From the NCBI RefSeq assembly GCF_001194135.2, contig NC_068995.1:54894812-54958811 (forward strand): a stretch of DNA of 64,000 nucleotides. The letters run 5' to 3'. The position numbers were made by a program, and so were the translations under genes. Every line of letters starts with the position of its first letter. Positions within the stretch are counted from its first letter, which is position 1. This document shows positions 29,045-41,829 of this stretch, one piece after another. The notes below the pieces were generated by a model that did no database searches, was not told the origin of the DNA, and saw only the letters and a program-made list of their open reading frames with translations. Origin of the DNA: Octopus bimaculoides (lineage: Eukaryota).

Positions 29045-29249
29045 ATATNNNNNNNNNNCTTCAATTTTTATATATATACATGATTATCACAACGACCACC
29101 TAAACGGCCAAGGCGAATTCCCATCCGTCTGTTTCGAAGAAAATGAAATAATATGTAGTCACGATGATTCGTCTGTTGTGTAGGAGCAACATGCCCTAGA
29201 ACATTAAATACTTTAACCATTGTTCATAACTGTTCTTATTTTAACTGAC

Positions 29250-29400
29250 ATCCATTGTCCGGAAATCCTTCGTCGCATGTCTGTGATCTTTTCAGTGAAA
29301 TTTTCCGTCCTGCTTAGTCCATTCTGTTCTTCTGGTTTGATTGCGTGGTTCGCCCTGCATATGTCTCTATATGTGTAATTGTCTAGAACTTTCATATCGG
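29250..29400 (-). mobile_element. LINE reverse-transcriptase remnant (RTE-like)
   Basis: ORF 29213-29395 reads KVLDNYTYRDI...IKPEEQNGLSRTENFTEKITDMRR, matching the RT motif KVxxxIxxxRL...+xEEQxGFRxxRSxx+QIxx+R. Confidence 0.4.
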
Positions 29401-29707
29401 ATGTTTATTACGATTGATGTCTTTCCTTTAGGTTGTTACAATCCTGTTTGTCTGATAACATAATAAAAAAGAATAAAACATCCGCTACACGTTATTATAT
29501 TGATCGAAATTTTAGCGAAAAATTCTCTCTTCTTTTAGAGATTTGCAGATGATGAAGCATCAAATTTTCTTCTTTAGTCTAATTCTAAAATTTTGTCTCT
29601 CCAATTCTTGGCCAATATCATTAATATATTTGGCACTAGAATGTATATTTTTCCATACCACGTTTGTTTATGCCTTCTTTTAAAGATGAGTTATGCTCCT
29701 TAGAAAG

Positions 29708-29782
<75 letters not shown>

Positions 29783-29802
29783 GGTGTATGTGTCTGTGCG
29801 CG

Positions 29803-29862
29803 CAAACACCAAACAAGATGAGGACATCCGTCAAATGCAAATACTGTAAATAATGTAAATAA
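29803..29862 (+). repeat. Short interspersed repeat fragment, possibly a Penelope-like terminus
   Basis: AAACACCAAACAAGATGAGGACATCCGTCAAATGCAAATACTGTAAATAATGTAAATA resembles a cephalopod repeat end I recall; not verified. It lies between a (TA)(TG) microsatellite and the Helitron fragment. Confidence 0.3.
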
Positions 29863-29871
29863 AATAAATAA

Positions 29872-30360
29872 TCAACTGATTCCGTCGATGATTTGGTGAA
29901 TGAAATCTTTCCTAATCTTCATAGTTACAATACAGATTGTATCTGTAAGCGACCTAACCTGGCTCCAAAAAATGTTGCTGTACATAACCTCAATAATATG
30001 CGATTGAATAAACTCTCAGGAGAAGTATTTAATTATTCAAATGGCAGCGTTGTTCATGATCAGGGTATTGCTAACTTCCATGTACAGCTCCTCATTGTCT
30101 TCACCTGACAAAGAGTCTCCTATTATGCGGTGGCGTAATTTGTCTCCACCAAAATTATGCAGTGGTACAGGATTAATTGTGCACAAACTTATAACGAGGT
30201 GCATAAACGCAAATATTCACACTGGTTGTGATAAGGGTGAAACTGTTCTATTTCCTCGTATGCTAGTTATACCATCTAATGTCCCATTCCAGTTTAAGCG
30301 GTTGCCGTTTACTATCCCACTTTCTTTTGCATTATTAAACGACAGGGTTGAACACTAAAA
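29872..30360 (+). mobile_element. Helitron RepHel PIF1-like helicase C-terminal fragment (pseudogene)
   Basis: Two frames join to give DDLVNEIFPNL...CKRPNLAPKNVAVHNLN...LSGE...ANF / ESPIMRWRNLSPPKLCSGTGLIVHKL...ANIHTGCDKGETVLFPRMLVIPSNVPFQFKRLPFTIPLSFA...QG*TLK. This is the canonical Helitron motif series (ILAPxN; PIMxLRNLxPPKLCNGTRL; GExVxIPRI; PFQFKRLQFP; FAMTINKSQGQT). Confidence 0.92.
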
Positions 30361-30371
30361 GATGCTAAAAG

Positions 30372-30655
30372 ACCGAGCATAGAAAATGGAATGCTCCCAC
30401 ACTGCCATAGAGAACCATCTTCACTCGATGGGAAAGGTTCAGATGTATGGAGCATGGGTTCCGCATGCTTTAAGTAACAGCAACAAAAATCAACGAGCCA
30501 CAATATCCGCTGGTTGGCTTGTTCGTCACCGCTCAACGCATTGAAGCAAGCAAAGATTTCTTTGCCGAATCGTTACTGGCGTTGAGAAATAGTGTCTGTA
30601 GATCAATATGAAGCAGCGTAAAGAATGGCTTAGCCCCGGCAAACAAGCGACACAC
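30372..30655 (+). mobile_element. Internal mariner (DD34D) transposase fragment
   Basis: Translation KMECSHTAIENHLHSMGKVQMYGAWVPHALSNSNKNQRATISAG...RFLCRIVTGVEK*CL*INMKQRKEWLSPGKQAT contains the mariner WVPHxL and IVTGDEKW motifs. Confidence 0.93.
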
Positions 30656-31455
30656 ACTCATATATATATATATATGCCATATTATACAATATTTAGATGC
30701 ATTAATTACACACGCGTTAGGGAAGTTCGTGTAGAAGTTTACATCAAACAAAACGTAATTCTATTAATTTTGTTAACTATTGGTAAGCAATTACCGTAAT
30801 TATATCTCCTCAGATGAAATTCTGTATTCGATTGAAACATTAAGTTTTAACATAATATGTTAATAAGAATGTAGCACCAGCCTTTGGTCTGCGTGTAGGC
30901 AGACTATAAGGCAATTTAAATGTATATGATATATTGCAATATAGAGAAAGAGAAACCGAAACTCATATACATTTGTATATATGTAGACGTATACATACAT
31001 ACATATATATATGTGTGTGTGTGTTTGTATCTGTATATATATGTTTACATATATATTCATATATATATATATANNNNNNNNNNNNNNNNNNNNNNNNNNN
31101 NNNNNNNNNNNNNNNNNNNNNNNNNNNNNNNNNNNNNNNNNNNNNNNNNNNNNNNNNNNNNNNNNNNNNNNNNNNNNNNNNNNNNNNNNNNNNNNNNNNN
31201 NNNNNNNNNNNNNNNNNNNNNNNNNNNNNNNNNNNNNNNNNNNNNNNNNNNNNNNNNNNNNNNNNNNNNNNNNNNNNNNNNNNNNNNNNNNNNNNNNNNN
31301 NNNNNNNNNNNNNNNNNNNNNNNNNNNNNNNNNNNNNNNNNNNNNNNNNNNNNNNNNNNNNNNNNNNNNNNNNNNNNNNNNNNNNNNNNNNNNNNNNNNN
31401 NNNNNNNNNNNNNNNNNNNNNNNNNNNNNNNNNNNNNNNNNNNNNNNNNNNNNNN

Positions 31456-31585
31456 ATTCTGTTCTGTTGAAGAGCGTAGTCTAGAAACATAAAGGACGTT
31501 CTCACTTTCCCGAACGTCAAACTATTAAACCTGTTTGTTGTTCATACAACTGTCTTCGTCTTTTCTTTTTCTGTAAATTTCAACA
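31456..31585 (+). repeat. Interspersed repeat (Penelope-like-terminus type) with a decayed hammerhead-like core
   Basis: CTGTTGA-A-GAGC-GTAG-TCTA-GAAA-CAT-A-AAGG at 31464-31495. The downstream part recurs inverted at ~18600-18660. Confidence 0.45.
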
Positions 31586-32846
31586 ATACCCCTGTATTTA
31601 CGGAGTGCCCTGAAACTAACGGTGTTCTCCGTAATTCTTTTATAAGACCCGTGAATAAATGCCAACAATAACCTTCTCAGACTCATTTGTAATGTACTTT
31701 TGTAACGTACTTTTGTAAAAGTACTTTTTGAAATTTTGTATATCTCTCCTTTGCAATGGTCAGCTAACAGAGACTTTTGGTTTGATGCTGCTTTATAGTG
31801 GCCAAAACACATGTCAACATTTATATCTCAGCAATGAGAATAGGTTTTCCTGGACAACCGCTGATTCCTCATATGAAATGTCTTTCAAATTCGAAATTGA
31901 TTTCAATTACGATGAAGCATTTGTCGACATACTTCTGGAAGCAACATTTGATGCAATTGAATTGTATTCAATATTTACATAAATACTTATATAAATGCCT
32001 ATATACATTTATAAACATATGTGGCTATGTGCGTGTCTCTCTCAGTGAGCGTTTGCTTCTATGGGTGTGTACTTTTATTTATTTGTTATTGATATGTACA
32101 TGTCCGCTATTATGTATGTATGCATAAACTGTATATTTTATAAAGGAACACATGAACACACAGACACCCACACACGTGTCGGGCGACGTTAATCTCTGAC
32201 GTTCATAGTGTGGTTTGTGTTTGTGGGACTATATTTGTCACGTGTTTCGCTGATACCGCCCGGACAATACTGATAAATCAACTACAATCTAGGACTTTGT
32301 TCCATTGTAACGCCCATTTTCACCGACGTTGTCTTATAGCTAATGCAATAGTACATGCATTGAAGCGTTGATTGACCCGATGTACACGAATGGTTTTTGA
32401 CTATTTAGAAATCCATACATAGCTAAGAGGAAACTCTAATACAAATTAAAATGGTGATATAATAAGAATAAAACACATTGATTTTGTGCAGGTAAACGTA
32501 ATATTTTACCGCAGGGTACTTAATTGTTATTTTAGCTTATGAAATCAATAACTAAATCAAGTTTTGTAGAACTAAGAGACACATATAAACAGTATTGATC
32601 ATAAGATTTGCTGTAAAATGAATAAATAAAAAAACTGACGTATCTATGAATGGTCCATTTGATTTCAAACATAATACTAAATATTCTAATGTATTATCTG
32701 CTTGCAACTATGCACGTTGCATTTTGGGAGTGAATTATGGGAATTATTAAAATATTGAGAATATGCTACATGGTAATGAACATTATGTTACTATCTATCT
32801 ATCTAATTATCTATCTATCATTCCTTATCATTCTCTCTCTGTCTCT

Positions 32847-32912
32847 CTCCGAGTTGAACGAAAAATACGGACAGATCCTAATTCCGTGTGGCATAACAAT
32901 GATTGGTGTTTT

Positions 32913-32988
<76 letters not shown>

Positions 32989-33154
32989 ACACACATACAC
33001 ACACACATACACACACACATACACACACACACACATACATACATATATATATATATTCATACACACATGTGTGTGTGTGTGTGAGAGGAAAACACCAATC
33101 ATTGTTATGCCACACGGAGTTAGGATCTGTTTGTATTTTTCGTTCAACTAGGAG
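32847..33154. mobile_element. Foldback/MITE-like element: ~70-bp near-perfect terminal inverted repeats around a (CA)n/(TG)n core
   Basis: The left arm CTCCGAGTTGAACGAAAAATACGGACAGATCCTAATTCCGTGTGGCATAACAATGATTGGTGTTTTCCTC (32847-32915) matches the reverse complement of 33085-33154 with 4 substitutions. No clear TSD. Confidence 0.8.
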
Positions 33155-33562
33155 TTCATACATCATCACCATTACTTCTTTCGTATTTCAGAGTCATCTT
33201 CTTCACAAACAATCTGTATTTTCTTCCTGACAAATTCCTCCATTTTCAATTCTTTTTACATGTTTCCCATGCGAAGGCTTCACTGAATTTTGTTATGCCA
33301 TGACATTCTGCACCTCAAATTAAGTTTACATTGATAAGTTTTCTACCGCTCATTCTACTAAGCTCTTTCTCTATCTACCATACATTTCAACTTGGCCGTT
33401 ATATTTGTACAGGGGTGGGTGCTCGTGTGTGTCCCTTTCTACGCACATAGACAATATGCATTGATTTTTTCATAAATGTATAAAATATTGAGAGTTACTT
33501 ATCTAATGATTACCTAAAATGAGAACATATACATACGTATATGTATATATACATACATATAT

Positions 33563-33670
33563 ATAGCCCGTGGCTATAATAAAAGACACCTGCCCAATTT
33601 GCCACGCAGTAGGACTGAACCGGAACCTATGTGGCTCGGAAGTAAGATTCATACCACACACCAACGCCTG
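33563..33670 (-). mobile_element. SINE family B 5' half
   Basis: GCTATAATAAAAGACACCTGCCCAATTTGCCACGCAGTAGGACTGAACCGGAACC is the reverse complement of the family B head. Confidence 0.75.
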
Positions 33671-34789
33671 TTTAATGTATTTATGTAAACCACAATAGAC
33701 TGCAGTATATCTGCTCATTTCATAACGACATTTTACAATTGTAACAACGTATATAGCCACATAAGTTAATCCACAATATTTGCTGTACGATTGCTCTTCA
33801 GCCATGCCATTATACATGCGTGTGTGTATGTGCATGTATGAGTGTATATGTTTGTATGTATGTGTCTTTGCTTGTAGTACATGTAGATTTGTTCCTTAAA
33901 ATGCCGATAGAATATTTTCAGATCAAGATTTCCATTGCTTTTTTTTTCCTGTCTATTCTTTTAATTTCCATAATTTATTCTAATTATGTTATGTGGTCGG
34001 CAAGAGGGAACAACTACAGGTTTTATTAATTACCTTTGATGTTATGAAAACTATGGATTCCTGCTATTAATTTAATGAGAAATGTTGTTGTTTGGTTCGG
34101 GTATGGAAATGGAGTATTAGCTGTTTTAATATTGACCGGAAGAATATTTAAAATAAATTGATTTATTCCCAGAGTAAACAGAGCATAACATCATTGCGAT
34201 GGGTCTTTCTTTTCTGTTCTTCTCCCTCAGATCATATTACAAGTTTTCCTTGCATGAACATAATAATCACATCCTATCGTCATCGACTCGCGTTTTAGAA
34301 TTTCAAAATAGTTTAAACCTAAACATTAATGAACGAGTTCCGTTGTATCACAATAAATTATCAGTTTGCTGTGCGTTGTTATAGAAACATCACAAATTGG
34401 AATAAAATACCGTTCCTTCCAATAAAATACCGTTCCTTGAAATAAAAAATTAAATGTTTTCTATTGCCTAAAAATCTTGTGTTATTATTTACCAATTGTG
34501 ATTATCTCCATAATATAGTCATACAACAAATGGTTAATATTAGTTTTTGAGTCATGATTTCATTATGGCGATTGTTAAATGATATATAACTTTGTTGCGT
34601 ATCTCAATGATGCAGTCTACAAAAGAGTTTGTGAACAAAAATGGATGATAACGGCCATCTAAAATATTCGTGGATTAGATATTACTAAGAGATCTGTTAG
34701 ATGTAGTTCTGATATAGAAGAACTAGTGTTATTTTAGCGGATGTTGTATGTTTGTTATAGAAAACATTGCATATACCCGTAACTTCAAT

Positions 34790-34834
<45 letters not shown>

Positions 34835-34938
34835 TTATATATATGTATTTATATAAATTTTTTATACCAAAAATTAGGCAAACTTTGTCGACAAACTTTG
34901 CAAAATACTCACAATTGAGTTTTTGTATATACATCGAC

Positions 34939-34997
34939 TTTAAAGAGAGCTCAAAACTGATGCATTGAAAATGGATCAGTTTTGAGCTCTCTTTAAA
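34939..34997. repeat. Perfect 23-bp inverted repeat with a 13-nt spacer
   Basis: TTTAAAGAGAGCTCAAAACTGAT-gcattgaaaatgg-ATCAGTTTTGAGCTCTCTTTAAA. Confidence 0.95.
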
Positions 34998-35178
34998 ATA
35001 TCCGGAAGATAACTATTTTCTCTATGTAGAGGATATATATGCATGCAAGATTTGCCTCTTGGACAAAAATGTAGTTTTTCAATAGCGGTGATATTCACAT
35101 CACGCAGAAGCCCTAGCCATCGTCCTCGGCACGAGAAATTAAAGATGGATAGGATATACCTATTGAAGTATATACATA

Positions 35179-35224
<46 letters not shown>

Positions 35225-35699
35225 TGTGCGTGTGTGTGTTTTTGTGTGTGTTTCTTGCCATTTTAAATACTCATTCTGTTCTGGCATATCATATTGAACG
35301 TAGGACATTATAGCTCTCGTGAAGTGTATGTTATTTACAACTTCTGTCCCAGAGAAATTAGTTGAGAATACTACTCTCGAAAAACTTAAATTTAATTGAA
35401 ACGAGCTTCTAGCCATTCAGCAATTAACATTAACTTGAGACAAACATATATGTTCTAAATATTTTTTGTTTTCCATTATAGTACTTGAGTAGAGCATAAA
35501 GTCAAGATACTGAATGTGGTATACAAAATTTAATTTTAATTAATACAAATGAAATTTTTTCTTACATCAACTGAATTTAGCTGTTCCTGGTCAATAAAAT
35601 ATTGTTCAGAGCGGTTACGTGTCACTGTTAAAATCTAAGGTGTGACAGTTTCATACCGTGGATATCTCCTATGATATAAGGATGTGGTTTAGAAAGAAA

Positions 35700-35830
35700 G
35701 TGGTTACTAGTGATACATCAGTCGTGATGAGAAAATTTCAGTAACATTTCAGGAAAGAAATTTCTCAAAGTAAGAACACAGTGACCTCGGTAAATTGGCT
35801 AATCTGAATCAATGAGATTAGTCGTGTGTA
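35700..35830 (+). mobile_element. Possible decayed N-terminus of a rosa-type transposase
   Basis: VVMRKFQ*HFRKE...NTV...W..*INEISRV loosely matches xxxRxFRxxF...TIxxWxxxFxETGSV. Confidence 0.2.
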
Positions 35831-36266
35831 GAAATATAAATTTCGACAAAATGCTTCGGTAGCTGTACATATAATTTGATAAAACCGATAGAAAATGTGC
35901 ACTAATATATTTCAAGGGAATTAAACGCTTCTAATTATCGATGTCGAAGATTATGATAGAATAGTAGATATTATTACACCTATGAACAGTAAGACACGCG
36001 TATATACATATGTACACATATAGAAACAGGCATCCATATCAAGCTTGTCTGCATTCAAGCATACATGATCACAGAGTTCGGAGTGGAAGAAAGCTTATAA
36101 CTAATGACGCTATATATTCCAAGAATTTTATCAACATGTAATAACATCGTGGACGCTACAGCGAGGTATTTCTAATGCGATTAATTTACAATTGCACAAA
36201 TCTGCTTCCCGAAAATAATTACACCACTATTGCTTGTGCATTTAGTTATTCCCTATCACAAATACA

Positions 36267-36380
36267 GCGGACTAGCAGAATCTTTACTGCGCCGAGAAAG
36301 TTGCGTTTTGAGTTCAAATACTGACAAGGTCCAATTTGCGTTTCCATCTTTTCGGGGGTCGACACAAATATTATCAGTTG
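36267..36380 (+). mobile_element. Degenerate SINE family A copy
   Basis: GCGGACTAGCAGAATC...TTTGAGTTCAAATAC...CATCTTTTCGGGGGTCGAC. Confidence 0.6.
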
Positions 36381-38961
36381 TTCCTTAGCGTTCATAATCG
36401 GATAGTAGGATAACCAGGATTATTGTTTATGTCTCTAAAATTTATTTTCTACGAAATGTCAAAACCTGTTTGGTATTATGAATAAAGAGTGCATCAACTA
36501 ATTCAATTATGACAGTCTAACGCATGCCCCTTTCCCTCTGGCTTTATTTGCATTCAACATCTGCATGGCTCACCGAAATTTCTACATATATTGCCAATCT
36601 TTGTAGTTGAAAGAACTCCTATTAACCTTTCGCAATTGTGCAGAAGTGATTTCATCGCATGTCCAAGCTTTAATGATTCAGCCAGGGTCGACAGCCAGTG
36701 TTACGTAACGGTGTTGTTACTATTTCTATCTCAATTTTCTTTCATATTTTGTCTCTCATAAGAAAGAAGTAAACATGAAATAAGAAATAAGTAAACAAAT
36801 AAGAGTTTATTTGCATTTGATAATAGAAATATTGAAAAAAACCTATATTTTTCTGTGAAACAAAAGAAAATATTGAATACACATGTGTGGAAATTTATTG
36901 ATGTATTGAAGTATACAAGTGTGATTGTTACTTAGAACAGTGTTTACGCTCATTTAAAGGCATGCTCATTACCTTGATAAATGCACCTGTTTAAATTTTA
37001 GAAAATCTCACATTGTTTACATGCGATGATAAATTTAAGTACAAATTTCTGTATTATTTGTTTTGCTCAAATGAGTAGATCGCGGGTTAAAATATTTGTA
37101 ATTATTTCTACGAACTTGATGTAGTGCAAGTGAAGGAATAAGGGAACAGACTTGAATAGTGTGAGGGCTTTCAGCGTGTATTCTTTATCGTTCTCGTCTT
37201 TCAATTCGCCCTCTTTAATAATATAATTATTTAGATTCAATACAGATGTCGTGTTGCCAACTATGCGGATAGATCACCACAGAATGACATTTATCTAAAA
37301 CACCTGTTGGGTAAAATTAATATCAATGGAATTTTAATCAGCTCATAAACGGAAGCATTTTGTCCAAGACTTAACCAAACAATAATTAATTTGCTAATTA
37401 TACATTTATTACATTATACATAGAGCTTAATTTGTTGTTCAGGAAGGAGTAGATTAAAGAAATATCTATAATTGACAAGTGGTTATTTAAACATTTTAAG
37501 GATGATAAAGAGATATTGTTGCCATTTGAACTTAGAAAGTGAGATTATGTCACGAAGTTCGAAAAGAATTTTGCCCAACGCTCTGCATATTTTAGAATAT
37601 TAATTGCTCTGTAACATTATCGCAATGGCGGAAATATTGAGAAGAGTCTATTCAGTTAATCGATTTTTGTATTTGACTGGCATTTATTTTATCAAACCTT
37701 ATAATCGTTCGAACGCAGAACGTACAGATGTACAACTAAAAACCACCGACACGGTTTGCACGTGCGCGCCAGTCTATTGATTTTGCCTGTCCAATGCATA
37801 TGTTGACTGATTAAATATTAACTATTTGGGAATCTTTCTGTGACTAGCGTAAATACTTTACATGAAAGTAATCATGTATTTCGCACAAGAATAACACATA
37901 TTTCGTGTTCACTTCTCCTGCCTAATACACAGCTAGTGTTATTTTAAATACCATACGTCCCTAATGCCCCCTGGAATGACATGGATGTCACGCAGTGTTA
38001 TTTCTTATTAGCAGAAAATCGATATCAATCAAAATCACGTCCTTAGTGAATTTGTTGCCGTCAAGAAAATACTAATCACTTGAAAGTGTTAATGGCGTTA
38101 TCAATAATGGATTTTTAATTAGAAATGATTTGATTGCCAAATAACAGTTTATAGCTCTTTGCATTCGAAATCGGCTTTCTGAGCTCTTATACCTGAGGCA
38201 AAGGTTGGCTTCAGTAATTCTGATGTTTTACAATACAGTCTGTGCAGAATGATGTGCATACAAAGTATGCTATGATCTTTATGAGCCATTTAATGTATAT
38301 TAAGTTTGTATTAGATATTTAGTACAAGAGACGCGTTGCATTTATATGGGCGATTCACAGGGAAGTAGGGACACAGCTTTTATTTTCTGATTGTGTAAAA
38401 TGATATTTAAATAAATTTATTTTTAATACCGGTAACTCAACAGATCAAAGAAATTTCATCAGCAACTTCAAAAGCAGTGTGTTGTTTCAGCCAACTAATA
38501 ATGTGAAAGTTAGTTTAGATCCTTGAAGTTGAAGTTCATGGCTAACCACCACCATTTGAATTTAGAAATAATGCAAGTTAATTTCAGTGGTTTATTTCAA
38601 GAACTTTTGAATATTTTCTGTCATTCATCACCACATGCGGTTTATGAAATATGCAAGTTAGGGCATTTAAAGCAACGATTTTACCTATTTTGACATGACC
38701 AGCTATCTGTGGTAGGCAGCACAATTTTATACAGCTCCCGTAAACCATACCACCCAATTATATTCTTCATTTCATGTAATGCAACGTTACAATTTGAGTA
38801 AGATAGAGTGCATCCGGCCCCAATATATAATAGCAACATCACCTAGCATAGAAGAGTAATGAAACTCGAAATTCTTTAATCATAAAATAAATACCTACAT
38901 ATATATTCTTTTTTTTCTTTATTGCAGTGGATAAGGAGTAATTTACGTATATATACATATA

Positions 38962-39012
<51 letters not shown>

Positions 39013-40949
39013 GTATGTACGTATTTATTAGTTTAGGCATGACGTCATACCTTATTTGGTTGGCGTTTATATGATTGACCATGTAACTTTCAGTCATTTG
39101 AAGAAACATTGCTTCTTATATTCTCTTCTGGGGCAAACAGCATGCATTTCATATTTGAACTTAGTGAACGTTACACTGCGTCTTTGTCACATATATTATT
39201 TTATAATAATAGATTTTACAAGGTTCATAATAGGTTTTGAAAATTACATGCTGCGATATTAAAATTATTTCACACAAATGTATAGCGAAAAGTATTCTAT
39301 AAAACTTCTAGTATTATATCATCATACGGAGAAGAGGAGGGGAAACACCAACAAGAAAACTAAGATTTTGCTATAAACAGATTCCTTTGTTTCCATCAAA
39401 TAACATTAATATACACTCAGAAGATAATTATATCACAGTAATTTATTCATTTCGATTACTTTTAAATAATATTTGTATTGCATATTTCTTATCAAACTAA
39501 TATTCCTCAGTACATACACAAATACATATACTACACACGTACATGTTTTTCTTTCCTTAAATATGCATGTATATGTAAACACACATATNNNNNNNNNNAT
39601 ATATATCATAACGTCATGAATCCAGATAGACGTACTATTTTATGTAAATATGTATAAGCACACACATATATATGTGGCATACCTACACAATTGTGGAGAT
39701 AACGAATATATCGGAATTTTCTTTCTTCCTCTTTCTGTCTCACTCTTCGTCTTATTCTCTTTTTCTCTCTCCTTTTTCTACCTCCTCTATTTCCCTTCAA
39801 CTAATCACGTGAAAGCGTTACCGACGGGCTAGGTAACGTAACGACAAGCATTATTATTATAAGATAAATTCTTTTTCGTATATTGTCACTTCTTTGTAAT
39901 CTATACAAGTTCTGCACATGCTGGTGTTTCGGTTAATTAGTAGATTAATTGAAAATTGCTGTTCGAGAATTCAATAAAAAGAAAGTAACGTGTCTGAAAA
40001 GTTATGTGTAACTTATGAAAATATACTATTTGTGTGTATATATTTACTAGTTCTGATAATATTTTGCACACCAATGTTCACATGCAAATCAAGGGATATA
40101 TCATGTAGCAAAGTGTTGGCAACATTTTACCGAGGTCACTTTCACGAATGATGAATTATTCAGTTATAATGTGAGAAATGCCAACTATAATGTTTTCCTT
40201 CACAGAACATACTGCAACTTCTAAAGTCTAGCACACAAATTACCTGCAGTTCATTACCTCGATTCTTTTATACAAGGTATGTTAAACCTCATTATATACA
40301 ACGCTTTCTAAAATTCGTTCGAAAAGAACGCTCTGAGCTCTATTAGCTCAACGATTTCAATGTGCAAATTAATATCATGAAATCAATGAACTGTATACTA
40401 AAAGTGAAATGTTATTACATACTAAATATTTTGTTGAAAGAATGTAAAATGTTCGCAAACATATAATTTAAAGGGTCACTGAAATTTTCATTATGTTAAA
40501 CACAATATTTTATAAGCATTTCCAGTGACTGTGCTGATGATGGAAATGTCACCCACAAATGTTTCTCTTTTGAGTGTATAATGAAATAAGATGTAAAAGA
40601 CATGAAGGAAATTGAATTTTCAGAATCATGAATATTAATTCAAAAGAGTGCTACACATTTAGCAAAGAACTACCTGCGGTGCACTAATCAGATATATCTA
40701 TAATTAATAAACACAATTGCATTGCAGAGACGAAATTTGTAATAGAAATAACAGATTCAACAGCGGCCGTGAAATGTACACAGTGACATTGATTGATTGT
40801 CCTCAATTTTGCATAAAAGTTATTCCGATCTACTTAACTGTATTGACTGCAGTTCTTTCGCTTACTTCTAATTCACAATCGTGTGAAAGTTTAGTTTCTT
40901 TACATGGAAACTAGAATAATATTCTTGGGAACAAACTTTGAATGGTTCC

Positions 40950-41720
40950 ATTGGTGGAAGCGTGTTCACCATGTATCAGGTCTTTCGAATTCCCTATTTC
41001 CAATACGTGGTGTACATGGATAATCAAACGGAGCAACATAGGCAACCGTACGGCAAAGAATGTGGAGTTTGCACTCGAACCAAAACCACGATCCTTGTGA
41101 CTCGAAAGTTCAGTGGAAGGTATTGAATTTCCCTTCTTCTCTGAAGCAGGCGTCCTATGTGTCCCTCGTATAGATTAATATACTGAGAACACAAGCTCGT
41201 TTGACTGCAGAATGGTGTCCAGTTTTAGGTCACTGTTTTCTTTGTTCTTGAGTTTTGAAGTACTTTTTTTTTATTACGTCTCTTCATGTCAGTTTCTAGG
41301 GACAGCTTATCGGTTTTGGAGAAGCGGAGGTATGACGCTAGGGGCTGTCACTAAATCGTGGTCAGCCAAACTTTTGTTTTTTATCAGACAGATGGGGCAA
41401 TAGACATTTGGTCAGCTACTTTTAAGGCTGTACATGAGGGGTGGTAGATGTTCCTCCGAATGTGTAAAAGACAAACGGCACACAATTTTCCCAAGATCAT
41501 GTGTCTGGCATTGCTATACAGGTCCGTTGATTCATTCGAGGGTTTGAGTCATCCAGCTTCAGGTTTCATCATCGCTAGTCTCAGTTTCTGGAGTAAACAC
41601 CTGCAAGTACACTGACGTGTTATCAACTGAAAGGAAAAGCGCACAGAGAGAGGAAAAAAGGCAGACATCATAGCGACGATCTTGGCTGACTTTTGTCGTG
41701 TAACCCCTTGTTGCTAGCGA
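40950..41720 (-). mobile_element. RTE-clade LINE ORF C-terminal fragment (pseudogene)
   Basis: Minus-strand frameshifted translation gives SYLRFSKTDKLSLETDMKRR (cf. FTYLGSTIxxNLSLDxEINKRI), RACVLSILIY...FNTFH (cf. RACVLSTLLYGSETW...LNxFH) and HVHHV...SKDLIHGEHAS (cf. GHVxRM...PKDILYGELAS). The best support is at 40950-41400. Confidence 0.7.
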
Positions 41721-41829
41721 AATGGCATGAGCCGGATGTCTGAGCAACTGGTTGTTTTAATGGCGGAACCAACAGGACCTTAAAGATTACAAAAGTAGCG
41801 ATTCTCACTTTGAAACAAACATTTAGATT

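Noticed and set aside
28968-29085. CTTCAATTTTTATATATATACAT duplicated on both sides of a 10-N gap
   Set aside because: Most likely an overlapping-contig (negative gap) assembly artefact.
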